This document shows positions 11,363 through 21,364 of a stretch of 58,004 nt of DNA, in pieces. This DNA is from an uncultured Dethiobacter sp. (GTDB taxonomy: Bacteria; Bacillota; Dethiobacteria; DTU022; UBA8154): NCBI GenBank assembly GCA_964487385.1, contig CAZAQM010000001.1, positions 1 through 58,004 on the forward strand, written 5' to 3'. The notes below the pieces were generated by a model. It searched no databases and had not been told where the DNA came from. It was given only the letters and a program-made list of their open reading frames with translations. The translations under genes and the position numbers were made by a program. Within the stretch, counting starts at the first letter, position 1; every line of letters begins with the position of its first letter.

Positions 11363-11385
11363 TATGCTCCCGAGGAGGGTATCCG

Positions 11386-11754
11386 ATGTCCAAGCAGAGG
11401 ACCCAAAGAGTTGCTGAAAGGATCAAAGAAGAAGTTAGCGATATTCTCCGGCTGGAAATTAAAGATCCCGGGCTGTATAAGATGATCAGCGTCACGGATG
11501 TGGATGTTTCAAGGGATCTCGGTTATGCCAAAATTTACGTGAGCGTTTTTGGGGATCACGAAGAGCAGGAAGGAATTTTAAAGACATTGGGGAAAGCTTC
11601 CGGTTTCATTCGCTCGGAATTGGGGAAAAGAATTAGGCTGCGCCATACTCCGGAAGTGGAATTTCGCCTCGATCGTTCCCTCGAATACGGCGCTCATATT
11701 AATAAAGTCCTCAGAACATTAAATAGCGAGGCGGGAGATGAAAAGCAAGAATGA
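11386..11754 (+). CDS. rbfA: ribosome-binding factor A
   Basis: N-terminal RVAERIKEEVSDIL pattern, 122 aa, located downstream of infB. Confidence 0.9.
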   Translation: MSKQRTQRVAERIKEEVSDILRLEIKDPGLYKMISVTDVDVSRDLGYAKIYVSVFGDHEEQEGILKTLGKASGFIRSELGKRIRLRHTPEVEFRLDRSLEYGAHINKVLRTLNSEAGDEKQE

Positions 11755-12710
11755 CCGATGTTGATTTGGAGATCCTCCTACAGGAATATGAACAGATTTA
11801 TATCTTTACCCATGTCCGGCCCGATGGGGATGCTATCGGCTCTTCCCTGGCATGGGGGAGGGCCCTGGAGCAGAAAGGAAAGAAAGTCCGGCTATTTTGC
11901 CCTGATGATATTCCTCTCAAATATTCTTCATTTATTCCGGATATAAATATATCCCGCACTTTTAACCCCCCGGGAAATATTCCTACCCTGGCATTTATTC
12001 TCGATTGCAGCGATTTGGAACGATTGGATTATATGAAGGAAGATGTGCTGGGGTTGGATAAGCTTTTTAACATCGATCACCATGGGACCAACGTGCAGTA
12101 TGGCCATTATAATCTGCTCGATCCTTCTGCGGCGGCAACTGGGGAAATTATTTATAAATTAATTGAGGGGCTGCAGATAGAGCTAACCAAAGAGATGAGC
12201 CTTTTTTTATATATCGCGCTGGCCTCGGATACGGGTTCCTTTAAATATGAAAATACGTCTCCACAAACGATGTATATTGCCGGGAAGCTACTGGAAAAGG
12301 GGGTCAATCCCGCCTTTGTCAGCATGAAAATTTTTGATGAGATCTCCTTTGCCTCCTTTTCCCTCCTAAGGGATAGCCTCCAATCACTAAAAATGGATGA
12401 GTCCGGAAGGGTTGCCTGGATGAGCGTGGATGATGAGACGCTGGCTGGATATGGTGTAGGTTCTTCTGAACTGGAGGGTTATATAAACTATGCCAAAAAC
12501 ATAAGCGGGGTGGAGGTCGGGGTCTTTTTTCATCACACCCTTTCTGGGGAAACAAGGGTAGGTTTTCGTTCCAAGAATGTTGATATTTCTTCTGTGGCCT
12601 TTTCTCTGGGCGGCGGAGGGCATCCCCGTGCTTCCGGGTGCTCTATTTTGGGGAAGCCCGGGGAGATAGAGAAGATGGTCATACAAAAAATTTCGCAGTT
12701 AATTGATTAG
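11751..12710 (+). CDS. nrnA: DHH/DHHA1 phosphoesterase (NrnA-like oligoribonuclease / pAp phosphatase)
   Basis: Motifs HVRPDGDAIGS, DHHGTN and GGGHPRASG are present. ATGA overlap with rbfA. Confidence 0.8.
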   Translation: MTDVDLEILLQEYEQIYIFTHVRPDGDAIGSSLAWGRALEQKGKKVRLFCPDDIPLKYSSFIPDINISRTFNPPGNIPTLAFILDCSDLERLDYMKEDVLGLDKLFNIDHHGTNVQYGHYNLLDPSAAATGEIIYKLIEGLQIELTKEMSLFLYIALASDTGSFKYENTSPQTMYIAGKLLEKGVNPAFVSMKIFDEISFASFSLLRDSLQSLKMDESGRVAWMSVDDETLAGYGVGSSELEGYINYAKNISGVEVGVFFHHTLSGETRVGFRSKNVDISSVAFSLGGGGHPRASGCSILGKPGEIEKMVIQKISQLID

Positions 12711-12733
12711 CAACTTTTTTTGGGGTAAGGGAA

Positions 12734-13663
12734 ATGGACAGCTTTCTTAATATCATAAAACCATCCGGCATGACCTCTCATGATCTTGTCAAAAAGATAA
12801 GGGAGCTTTTCCCTGCCGTCAAGGTCGGCCACGGGGGAACCCTGGATCCCGGCGCCAGCGGAGTGCTGCCCATACTGCTCGGCAAGGCGACGAGGCTTTC
12901 GCCTTATCTTCTCGAGCTCGACAAATTGTATAGAGCGGAGATGCAGTTGGGGATTGCTACCGATACAGAGGACTCCTCCGGAAATATTACAGAGGAGAGG
13001 GAGGTGCCCCCCCTGACTGCAGCTGATATTGAAAAGGTTTTTATGCTTTTCCAGGGGGAAATTCAGCAGATTCCCCCCATGTACTCAGCGGTAAAAAGAA
13101 AGGGAAAGAAGCTGTACCAGTATGCCCGCCAAGGGATAAACGTCGATCGCCAACCAAGAAAGGTTTACATTTATTCATTAAAATTGATCGAGTTTTATTT
13201 CCCCGCAAAAATACTGTTCGAGGTGAAATGTTCAAAAGGGACATATATCCGCACTCTATGTTCCCAGATAGGTGATTTTCTAGGGTGCGGGGGCCACCTG
13301 TCTTTCCTGTTGAGAAAGCAGGTCGGTGCTTTTACCCTTGAGAATGCGCATACAGTGGAGGAGCTGGCAGAGCTCCAGCGCAACAATAGAATTGCCGAAC
13401 TTCTGCTTCCTCTCGATTATCTTTTTCAGGGAAATGAGAAATTGTTTTTAGAAGAGATGGAAATCAGCCATTTGCGCCAGGGGCGTTTCCTCGCCTATCC
13501 CTGCCTGCTCGAAAAATATGGCCAGCTGCTGCCCAGGCCCGTTGACGAAACGCTGCTGCCAGTATATACTAAAAAAAGTACTTTTATTCTGCTGGCCCGC
13601 TGGAAAAAGGATAAGGATAATCTGTTTTATTTAAAGCCGGAAAAAGTTTTAAAGTCTTCCTGA
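12734..13663 (+). CDS. truB: tRNA pseudouridine-55 synthase
   Basis: Catalytic motif HGGTLDPGASGVLP is present, plus YSAVK..GKKLY. Confidence 0.93.
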   Translation: MDSFLNIIKPSGMTSHDLVKKIRELFPAVKVGHGGTLDPGASGVLPILLGKATRLSPYLLELDKLYRAEMQLGIATDTEDSSGNITEEREVPPLTAADIEKVFMLFQGEIQQIPPMYSAVKRKGKKLYQYARQGINVDRQPRKVYIYSLKLIEFYFPAKILFEVKCSKGTYIRTLCSQIGDFLGCGGHLSFLLRKQVGAFTLENAHTVEELAELQRNNRIAELLLPLDYLFQGNEKLFLEEMEISHLRQGRFLAYPCLLEKYGQLLPRPVDETLLPVYTKKSTFILLARWKKDKDNLFYLKPEKVLKSS

Positions 13664-13677
13664 CGGTTGGTGGGATA

Positions 13678-14631
13678 ATGAAAATAATACATGGAGCCAA
13701 AAATTTTTCCTATATAAAGGAACAGAAATCACTGGCCATTGCTCTGGGGAATTTTGACGGTTTGCATCTGGCACATAAGAAAATTATTGATAAAGCCAGG
13801 GAAATAGCCCGGAGCGAAGACTTAAAATGTGCCGTTTTTCTGCTGGATCCCCATCCGGTCAAAATTCTTTTTCCCAAGTCCAATCTTTTGCTTCTCTCCA
13901 CAATAAAAGAAAGGGCTGAAATGCTGGCCAAGTGGGGGGTGGATTATCTAATCGTCGAGGATTTCACCCCGGAATTTTCCGGTTTGTCCCCCTATAATTT
14001 TGTGAGAAATTATTTAGTGGGCTTATTAAATGTGGGGGAAATTATCATCGGCTATGATTATTCATTCGGCTTCCGGGGGCAGGGGACCTCCCATGATCTG
14101 TTGAGGTGGGGCGAAAAGCTTGGCTATGAGGTGGAAATCGTGCCGCCGGTGATGCTGGGGGGTGAAATTGTCAGCAGTTCCCTGATCCGCGATCTAGTCA
14201 GCAAAGGCGATGTAACCAGTGCCGCTGTTTTTTTGGGGGATTATTTTGCTCTGACCGGCCGGGTGGTGCATGGTGAAGGGCGTGGCAGGAGCCTGGGGTA
14301 TCCCACGGCGAACCTGAAGATCCCCCCCGGTTTACTTATACCGGAAAACAGCGTCTATCTGACCCTGGCCACATGGGGCGGGAAAAGGTTTTTTTCTTTA
14401 ACCAATATCGGGAAAAAACCAACATTTGCAGAAGGCAATGAGATTTCTGTTGAAGTTTACCTCATGGACTTCAGCGGGGATCTTTATGGGGAAGAATTAA
14501 CACTCGCGTTTTTGAACAAAATTAGAAGTGAAAAACATTTTTCAGAAGCTGGTTTATTGATCAAACAGATACAATCCGATGAAAAACGGGCCAGAAAATT
14601 AATTGCTGAAGAGTATGCCAAGATGGTGTAA
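13678..14631 (+). CDS. ribF: bifunctional riboflavin kinase / FMN adenylyltransferase
   Basis: GNFDGLHLAH is in the N-terminal adenylyltransferase domain. GRGRSLGYPTANL is in the kinase domain. Confidence 0.93.
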   Translation: MKIIHGAKNFSYIKEQKSLAIALGNFDGLHLAHKKIIDKAREIARSEDLKCAVFLLDPHPVKILFPKSNLLLLSTIKERAEMLAKWGVDYLIVEDFTPEFSGLSPYNFVRNYLVGLLNVGEIIIGYDYSFGFRGQGTSHDLLRWGEKLGYEVEIVPPVMLGGEIVSSSLIRDLVSKGDVTSAAVFLGDYFALTGRVVHGEGRGRSLGYPTANLKIPPGLLIPENSVYLTLATWGGKRFFSLTNIGKKPTFAEGNEISVEVYLMDFSGDLYGEELTLAFLNKIRSEKHFSEAGLLIKQIQSDEKRARKLIAEEYAKMV

Positions 14632-14675
14632 ACAGGTGATCATAGGTCTGGAAAGCAGCGCAATAATCACCTTTG

Positions 14676-14704
14676 TTTACAAAGCAACGGGCATATGATA
14701 GAAT
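14676..14704 (+). promoter_or_regulatory. sigma-A type promoter for rpsO
   Basis: TTTACA (14676-14681), a 17 nt spacer, then TAGAAT (14699-14704), with TG-n (TGa) upstream of the -10. Confidence 0.55.
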
Positions 14705-14752
14705 TTTGCCAAGTCCGCTAGGGATAGGCGCAAAAATAAGGGGGTGAGCCGA

Positions 14753-15022
14753 TTGGCACTATCAAGCCAGGCTAAAAACGACATTATCCAGGAGCATAGA
14801 ACCCATGGCAGCGATACGGGTTCTCCTGAGGTACAGATTGCTATGTTAACAAAAAGGATTAACCAGTTAACAGAGCATCTCAAGGAACATAAAAAGGATT
14901 TTCATTCCCGCCGGGGGTTGTTAAAAATGGTGGGAAAAAGAAGGGGATTGCTAAATTATTTACGTGATAAAAGCCCGGAAAGGTATAGAAGCATTTTAGG
15001 AAAATTAGGCCTGAGAAAATAG
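14753..15022 (+). CDS. rpsO: 30S ribosomal protein S15
   Basis: Motifs [39 protein letters not shown] are present. TTG 14753 gives MALS... and lies ~7 nt after AAGGGGGTG; the track start is GTG 14744. Confidence 0.93.
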   Translation: MALSSQAKNDIIQEHRTHGSDTGSPEVQIAMLTKRINQLTEHLKEHKKDFHSRRGLLKMVGKRRGLLNYLRDKSPERYRSILGKLGLRK

Positions 15023-15072
15023 GCGGAAAAACTGAGCAACAGGTTTTTAGCTTTTAAAGGGAGGTTTGTTAT

Positions 15073-17247
15073 TTGGAGGTATTTACTATCGAAGTAGCTG
15101 GCCGCCTGCTTACTTTGGAGACCGGAAAAGTTGCCAAACAAGCAAGTGGCTCTGTTATGGTTAGCTACGGTGATACAACGCTTTTGGTAACAGCAACCGT
15201 TGCTGATGAACCCCGGGAAGGGGCAGATTTTCTTCCGCTGACCGTTGATTTTGAGGAAAGACTCTATGCCGTGGGGAGAATACCCGGCGGCTTTATCAAG
15301 CGGGAAGGGCGCCCGACGGAAAAAGCCATTCTTGCCGATAGGCTGACCGATAGGCCGCTAAGGCCGCTTTTCCCTTCAAAATTCAGGAATTCGATCCATA
15401 TCGTTACCACCGTCTTCTCTATCGATCAGGATTGCGTGCCCGAACCCCTGGCAATTATCGGCGCTTCCGCCGCTCTTTCCATCTCCAAAATTCCTTTTGC
15501 CGGTCCCGTCGCCGCGGTTAACGTCGGCCTGATCGATGGCCTGCCGGTAATAAATCCAACGGTGGAGCAAAGCGAAAGTAGTACCCTGAATCTTGTCGTT
15601 GCCGGGACGGAAGACGCTATTTTAATGATCGAGGCCGGGGCCAGGGAGGTTCCCGGTGAGCAGGTCCTGGAGGCCATTTTAGCCGGTCATGAAGTAATTA
15701 AAGAGATAATCCGCCTGCAAAAGGAAATGGTGGAAAAAGTCGGCCAGGAAAAGATGGAGTTCCCGGTTTTGCAGATCGAGCCGGAACTCAGCCGGGAGGT
15801 GGAGGATTTTTGTGCCGGCAAAATTAAAAACGCCTTCCGGATCGAAGAAAAACTGGAAAGAGAACAGGCCTTAGATCTAGCCAAAGAGGAAACGGTCCTT
15901 CATTTTAGCGAGCTCTATCCGGAACGTGAAAGCGAAATTAAGGAAGCGTTGAATGCCTATATCAAAACAACCCTTCGCTCTATGATCCTGCGCGATGGCG
16001 TCCGTCCGGATGGAAGATCCTGGGATGAGATAAGGCCCATTACTTCTGAAGTCGGATTGTTCAAAAGGACACATGGATCGGGTCTTTTTACCAGAGGGCA
16101 AACCCAGGTGCTCAATATCTGTACCCTGGGGGCTTTGAGGGATATGCAGATTTTGGACGGACTGGGGCTGGAAGAATCCAAGCGTTTTATACACCATTAT
16201 AATTTTCCTCCCTACAGCGTCGGGGAAACCGGGTTTATGCGGGGGCCGGGCAGAAGGGAAATTGGCCATGGCGCCTTGGCGGAGAGGGCGCTTTCCGCAG
16301 TGATTCCCCCGGAGGATGATTTTCCCTATACAATTCGCCTTGTATCGGAAGTCCTGGAATCCAACGGTTCGACCTCCATGGGCAGCGTCTGCGCATCATC
16401 ACTCTCTTTGATGGATGCCGGCGTCCCCGTTAAAGCTTCGGTGGCCGGCATAGCCATGGGCTTAATAAAAGAAGAAGATGAGATTGCCATCCTCTCCGAT
16501 ATCCAGGGGATCGAAGATTTCCTTGGGGATATGGATTTTAAAGTGGCAGGAACGAGGAGCGGCATTACCGCATTGCAAATGGATATCAAAGTCAAGGGGT
16601 TGTCCCGTGAAATATTGGGCAGGGCCCTGGAGAAAGCCAGGGATGGTTACCTTTACATCATGGATAAGATGGAAAGCGTAATAAGCGCTCCCAGGCCGAA
16701 TTTATCCGACTATGCGCCGCGCATCTTTACCATGCAGATCAGCACGGATAAAATCAGGGACGTTATCGGGCCGGGCGGAAAGGTAATCAACCGGATTATT
16801 AGTGAAACCGGCGTGGATATTAATATCGAGCCTGACGGCAAGATATTTATTGTTGCCCTGGATGCCGCCGCTGCACAGAAAGCACAGGAGATCATTGAGA
16901 CATTGACTGCCGACGTGGAACCAGGCCGCATTTATCTGGGCAGGGTAACCAGAACGGAGAAATATGGCGCCTTTGCTGAAGTGCTTCCCGGGAAGGAGGG
17001 CCTCATCCATATTTCCCACCTGGAAAGAACCAGGGTCAATAAGACTGAGGATGTGGTCAAGGTGGGGGATCAGGTTATGGTTAAAGTACTCGATATCGAT
17101 GAGAAGGGAAGGATTAACCTGTCGAGAAAAGATGCCCTGCCGCCTGCAGCAGACTCATCCGAGGGAGATACCGAGGGTAGGGGCAAAGCCCGCTCTGAGG
17201 GGGCGCCCTCCTCCAGGCAAAGGCATAACAGGTTCAGCAGAAGGTAA
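15073..17247 (+). CDS. pnp: polyribonucleotide nucleotidyltransferase (PNPase)
   Basis: Two RNase PH domains, a KH domain ([13 protein letters not shown]), an S1 domain ([15 protein letters not shown]) and a basic Ser/Arg-rich tail. Protein is 724 aa. Confidence 0.96.
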   Translation: MEVFTIEVAGRLLTLETGKVAKQASGSVMVSYGDTTLLVTATVADEPREGADFLPLTVDFEERLYAVGRIPGGFIKREGRPTEKAILADRLTDRPLRPLFPSKFRNSIHIVTTVFSIDQDCVPEPLAIIGASAALSISKIPFAGPVAAVNVGLIDGLPVINPTVEQSESSTLNLVVAGTEDAILMIEAGAREVPGEQVLEAILAGHEVIKEIIRLQKEMVEKVGQEKMEFPVLQIEPELSREVEDFCAGKIKNAFRIEEKLEREQALDLAKEETVLHFSELYPERESEIKEALNAYIKTTLRSMILRDGVRPDGRSWDEIRPITSEVGLFKRTHGSGLFTRGQTQVLNICTLGALRDMQILDGLGLEESKRFIHHYNFPPYSVGETGFMRGPGRREIGHGALAERALSAVIPPEDDFPYTIRLVSEVLESNGSTSMGSVCASSLSLMDAGVPVKASVAGIAMGLIKEEDEIAILSDIQGIEDFLGDMDFKVAGTRSGITALQMDIKVKGLSREILGRALEKARDGYLYIMDKMESVISAPRPNLSDYAPRIFTMQISTDKIRDVIGPGGKVINRIISETGVDINIEPDGKIFIVALDAAAAQKAQEIIETLTADVEPGRIYLGRVTRTEKYGAFAEVLPGKEGLIHISHLERTRVNKTEDVVKVGDQVMVKVLDIDEKGRINLSRKDALPPAADSSEGDTEGRGKARSEGAPSSRQRHNRFSRR

Positions 17248-17293
17248 AGAACAGGCCGCTCCGGCAAGGGGCCGTGCCTTTAAAATTTTCTGG

Positions 17294-17320
17294 GTTAAAG
17301 GGGAATAACTCCCCTTTAAC
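17294..17320 (+). terminator. stem-loop downstream of pnp
   Basis: GTTAAAGGGGA pairs perfectly with TCCCCTTTAAC (11 bp stem, 5 nt loop). The tail is A/T-rich but has no clean U tract. Confidence 0.4.
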
Positions 17321-17395
17321 TGTAATAATAATTAAATATAACACCAAGGAGAGGTTTGAAATAATGAAAAAGCCTCTTTTTTTTTAAGCCTTACA

Positions 17396-18046
17396 GTGAT
17401 CGTTATCGGGATTTTTGCTATTAGCCTGGCCTTGCCGACGAGAGCCTCCGATCCGCCGGAACCCGTCTATCAGGGGGGAAAAACGCCGAGGACCGTCTTT
17501 TTTACCTTTAATGTTCTATGGGAGGAGGAACCGGTTGGGGATATCTTACAAATCCTTGAAAGCAGCGAGATCCAGGCCCTTTTTTTTGCCAGCGGGGAAT
17601 GGATCAAAAGATACCCGGACACTGCTTTGGAAATCGTCCTGTCGGGCCATCATCTTGGCAACCATACTTACTCACACCGCAGATTGCCGCCTCTTGGCGA
17701 GGATGAAATTATAGCTGAAATCCAGGGCTTCAATCAAGTTTGCCTCGAACAACTAAAATACCAGCCCCTATTTTTTCGCCCACCATATGGAGAATATAAC
17801 GCCCGCATAGTCAGTCTTGCCCATGAACATGGCTGTATGACCCTTTTGTGGAGCATTAATACCTTAATGCTTTCCGATTATGAAGGCGAACTGATCATCT
17901 CCCGCCTTGAGGAACGGCTGCACGATGGCGCGGTGATCCTCTTCCATACTTCAGCACCGCGTATTCAGGAAAATCTGCCTGACATTATTAGTTTTTTACA
18001 ATGGAAAGGATACCGGATTGGCACGCCGGAAGAAATTATGGGCTAA
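17396..18046 (+). CDS. NodB-homology polysaccharide deacetylase (YlxY/PdaB-like subgroup); N-terminus probably displaced by a T9 frameshift
   Basis: Motifs GNHTYSH and FRPPYGEYN are present, and motif 1 is of the NV.W type seen in sporulation deacetylases. An RBS-led ATG at 17364 is out of frame (see finding). Confidence 0.75.
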   Translation: MIVIGIFAISLALPTRASDPPEPVYQGGKTPRTVFFTFNVLWEEEPVGDILQILESSEIQALFFASGEWIKRYPDTALEIVLSGHHLGNHTYSHRRLPPLGEDEIIAEIQGFNQVCLEQLKYQPLFFRPPYGEYNARIVSLAHEHGCMTLLWSINTLMLSDYEGELIISRLEERLHDGAVILFHTSAPRIQENLPDIISFLQWKGYRIGTPEEIMG

Positions 18047-18061
18047 GGGGAGGCGGACCAT

Positions 18062-19102
18062 TTGTTTGTGGCCTATTTTGGTTCGAAAAAGGGGATGAGA
18101 TCCATTGTTTTCATCCTGGCTTTTATTTTCCTGTCGGGCGGCCTTTTATTGTGGATGAACCCTCTTTATCGTTTATTCGAGCGATCGCTTACCCGGGCCG
18201 AGCAGGATGTCGTGTTCATGGGTGAGCCCCTGGGGGGAAGAACCAGGGAACAGGTGGAAGAAATATTTGCGGCTAAATTTGTGGAATGGCAGATCAGTCC
18301 CGTTAATGCAAGTTATAATTCCCGGGAAAATACCATCATTCCCGAGATCTGGGGATACAGGATCAATGAACTGGAGACGATCAATAGGATAATGTCCGCC
18401 GGGTCCGGGGAAAAAGTTGCGCCCGTTTATGAGCCTGTCGCCCCGCAAATTACCCTGGCCGATTATCCTTCTGCCGTGATCAGGAAGGGAAATGATGCCA
18501 AAAAAGAGGTTGCTCTGATGATCAATGTTGCCTGGGGCTCGGAATATATTCAGCCCATGCTGAATATTCTCCAGGCTGAAGATGCCCGGGGGACCTTTTT
18601 CGTTGTGGGAAAGTGGGCGCAGAAAAATAGGGGATTAATGGAGGAAATATTCCGCGGGGGGCACCTCCTGGCTAATCATGGGCATACGGATAGCTTGGTT
18701 TATACGGAATTATCCGCCCCGGAGATAGAAAAGGGTCTGGAGGAGGTTAACAGCCTTATTTTTGATATAACGGGAACGGCGCCCCACTACTTTTCACCCC
18801 ATAAAGGCGAATATAACCCCCTTGTCCTGGAAACCGTATCCCGCAGCGGGATGAGAACGGTTTTGTGGACGCTGGATACCGTCGATTGGATGGAACCGGG
18901 CGTGGCCAAAATGCATGAAAGGGTTACGGAAAAGATCCATGAGGGAGCGATTGTGCTCATGCATCCAACCGGTGACACAGTCCTTTTCCTGCAGGAGGCG
19001 ATACCGCTCATCAAGGAGAAAGGGTTTGCCCTCGTTACGCTGCAAGAGCTTCTCAGTCCCCATAATCCCCCGCTGCCTGAACATTTGGAACCTGAAAAAT
19101 GA
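18062..19102 (+). CDS. membrane-anchored NodB-homology polysaccharide deacetylase
   Basis: TTG start lies 8 nt after AAGGGGAGG. There is an N-terminal TM segment. Motifs INVAWGSEY, ANHGHTD and TLDTVDW are present. Its position after pnp matches B. subtilis ylxY. Confidence 0.78.
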   Translation: MFVAYFGSKKGMRSIVFILAFIFLSGGLLLWMNPLYRLFERSLTRAEQDVVFMGEPLGGRTREQVEEIFAAKFVEWQISPVNASYNSRENTIIPEIWGYRINELETINRIMSAGSGEKVAPVYEPVAPQITLADYPSAVIRKGNDAKKEVALMINVAWGSEYIQPMLNILQAEDARGTFFVVGKWAQKNRGLMEEIFRGGHLLANHGHTDSLVYTELSAPEIEKGLEEVNSLIFDITGTAPHYFSPHKGEYNPLVLETVSRSGMRTVLWTLDTVDWMEPGVAKMHERVTEKIHEGAIVLMHPTGDTVLFLQEAIPLIKEKGFALVTLQELLSPHNPPLPEHLEPEK

Positions 19103-19932
19103 GAAATATAACTGTCCTCACTTTAAAGGGAACGACTCTTCTGCTAATTATCCTGCTATTTGTCTCCGGCTGCCTGACTTTCAATATTCGGGAAAGCTAC
19201 CTCCGGCTAAAACATGGTGTGGCCAGAGGCGTCTTCTTAACAGATATCCCCTTGGAACGAAAACTGGAGGAAGAGGTCATCAGCCTCGTTCGGGCGCTGA
19301 ACGGGGAATTATTGGTCAGGCCCCGCAATGCTTACCTCGATCCGCTTTCCGGAGAAATTTTGCCGGAACAATACGGGAAAAAAATAGATATACAGGCAAC
19401 CGTGCATCTGATCATGAACGCCCAGCCGCGGACGACGCATTACCCTGTTTTTATTGAATTGGATCCGGAGATAACAGCCGATCTCTTACAGAATATTTGC
19501 CATAGAAAGGGATCTTATGTTACTGGTTTTGGCAACGGGGGCAGGGGCGAAAACATCCGCCTGGCAGCCCAATCGCTTCATAATTATCTGTTGGCGCCGG
19601 GGGAGGTTTTTTCATTTAATGAGGCGACCGGGCCCCGGGTGGCCGAAAGGGGTTATAAGCTTGCTCCCATTATCGTGGGCGGTTCTGTAGTCCCAGGGTA
19701 TGGGGGGGGAGTTTGCCAGGTTTCCACGACTCTTTACAATGCTGTAATGAATGCAAAGCTCCAGGTCGTGCAAAGGTTTCCCCATAGCCGTCCGGTGGGC
19801 TATGTTCCCCGCGGCAAAGATGCCACGGTTTCCGATTATCTCGATTTTAAATTCAGGAATAATACCGATGGCCTGATCCTCATAAAAACTTCTTCCTACG
19901 GATACCGCCTCGCTGTGGAAATATGGGGCTAA
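19099..19932 (+). CDS. VanW-domain protein, probable lipoprotein
   Basis: Lipobox-like LFVSGC near the N-terminus. VanW-type core GGGVCQVSTTLYNA...RFPHSRP. ATGA overlap with the upstream deacetylase. Confidence 0.75.
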   Translation: MRNITVLTLKGTTLLLIILLFVSGCLTFNIRESYLRLKHGVARGVFLTDIPLERKLEEEVISLVRALNGELLVRPRNAYLDPLSGEILPEQYGKKIDIQATVHLIMNAQPRTTHYPVFIELDPEITADLLQNICHRKGSYVTGFGNGGRGENIRLAAQSLHNYLLAPGEVFSFNEATGPRVAERGYKLAPIIVGGSVVPGYGGGVCQVSTTLYNAVMNAKLQVVQRFPHSRPVGYVPRGKDATVSDYLDFKFRNNTDGLILIKTSSYGYRLAVEIWG

Positions 19933-20087
19933 GCATTTCCAGGCGCCCCAAAGCCCCCCGTTTAATTGACAAAAAAAAGCATGAAGCCTATACTTTGGAA
20001 CAGGGTGATGAACATTGCGGTGAAAACCGGATCAAATATCATCGCTCTGAGAATGTCAAGGCAACTATTAAACGGGGTGGTGGCACA

Positions 20088-20543
20088 ATGCCCAAAGAAG
20101 TACATGTAATGATAAAAAAACTCGATCATGCCAGGGATCTCCCCCTGCCGCGTTATATGAGCGAGGAGGCCTCGGGGATGGATATCTTTGCCGCTGTGGA
20201 AAGTGAAATTGTTCTTGAACCGGGCAAATTTGCACTGGTTCCCGCCGGTATAATGATGGCTATCCCATGCGGTTTTGAAGCCCAGGTGCGCCCTAGGAGC
20301 GGACTAGCTCTTAAACATGGAATAACCGTTTTAAATGCTCCGGGAACGATCGATGCCGATTACCGGGGGGAGATAAAGGTTCTGCTGATTAACCTTGGAC
20401 CAAACGATTATACCATTGGGAGGGGGGAAAGAATTGCACAGCTCGTTATTCATGCCCTCCCGGCAGTAAGATTGGTTCAGACGGAAGAGCTGCCTCCTTC
20501 TTTGCGGGGCGATGGGGGGTTCGGCCATACAGGCGCATTTTAG
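20088..20543 (+). CDS. dut: dUTP diphosphatase
   Basis: Motifs RPRSGLALKHGITVLNAPGTIDADYRGEI and GERIAQLVI are present, with C-terminal RGDGGFGHTG. Start trimmed from the track ORF (19923) to ATG 20088. Confidence 0.9.
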   Translation: MPKEVHVMIKKLDHARDLPLPRYMSEEASGMDIFAAVESEIVLEPGKFALVPAGIMMAIPCGFEAQVRPRSGLALKHGITVLNAPGTIDADYRGEIKVLLINLGPNDYTIGRGERIAQLVIHALPAVRLVQTEELPPSLRGDGGFGHTGAF

Positions 20544-20649
20544 TGGAATTAACCAACTGGTTATGCTCTCTTTTGCCGGTCCGCATAGAAGAAATGGAGT
20601 AGGAAATACTACCTTTATAAGTAAAATCCAAAAAAGGAGGCAACGGGCT

Positions 20650-21153
20650 ATGGCAAAAGCAGTTGTCGGTATTTTCCGTAGTGAGGAGCGGGCCAAAGAG
20701 GCAATTAACGAACTAAAACGTCAGGGGTTTGACGAAAGGGAAATATCCCTTATTGCCAGAGACAATAAACAAGGAGGCAGACAGGGAGGTGCGGATGGAG
20801 GCGGGGGCCAGGGCTTCACCATGAGCGGACAGGATGTCAGCGACGGAGCGCTGACAGGCGGCGCCATAGGGGGCATTGCCGGCTTGCTCGCCGGGGCGGG
20901 GGCCCTGCTGATACCCGGTGTTGGGCCAATTATTGCCGCAGGTCCCCTGGCTGCCTTTTTAACAGGAATTGTTGGCGGGGGTCTCGTCGGAGGTCTCGTT
21001 GATTTTGGTATTCCGGAAGAAAGCGGCCGCCATCTCGAAGAAAGGGTTAAACAGGGGGATATTCTTGTCACCCTGAAAGCGAACGAGGATGAAACCCCTA
21101 AAGTATCCTCCGTTCTAAAACGTTTTGGAGCCGAGGAAGTGGAATCGTATTAG
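20650..21153 (+). CDS. YflT/general-stress-protein-17M-like protein with glycine-zipper membrane segment
   Basis: ATG 20650 follows AAAAAGGAGG. N- and C-terminal short alpha/beta modules (VVGIFRSEERAKEAINELKRQGF...) flank the Gly-rich hydrophobic stretch GGAIGGIAGLLAGAGALLIPGVGPIIAAGP. Confidence 0.5.
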   Translation: MAKAVVGIFRSEERAKEAINELKRQGFDEREISLIARDNKQGGRQGGADGGGGQGFTMSGQDVSDGALTGGAIGGIAGLLAGAGALLIPGVGPIIAAGPLAAFLTGIVGGGLVGGLVDFGIPEESGRHLEERVKQGDILVTLKANEDETPKVSSVLKRFGAEEVESY

Positions 21154-21182
21154 GGAGCAAAAAAATATTCAAGCAAGCTAAG

Positions 21183-21206
21183 CGCCGAGAAATCGGCGTT
21201 TTTTTT
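21183..21206 (+). terminator. rho-independent terminator
   Basis: CGCCGA, GAAA loop, TCGGCG, followed by T8. Confidence 0.8.
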
Positions 21207-21253
21207 AACTGCGCATTTTACCCTCTGTAAAACAATTCTTCAAATATTTCCTC

Positions 21254-21281
21254 ACACCTCAATCATTTCCCTCATAACATA
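21254..21281 (+). promoter_or_regulatory. sigma-K-like sporulation promoter upstream of dpaA
   Basis: AC (21254-21255), a 17 nt spacer, then CATAacaTA (21273-21281). This matches the mother-cell sigma-K consensus AC-N16/17-CATAnnnTA. B. subtilis spoVF is sigma-K dependent. Confidence 0.3.
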
Positions 21282-21364
21282 AAAGAGGACGCAAATACAT
21301 CAAAATAAATAATGCAATTTTCCCAGGCGCTTTATCCGGTTTTTTGGATGAGAGGTGAGGACTC

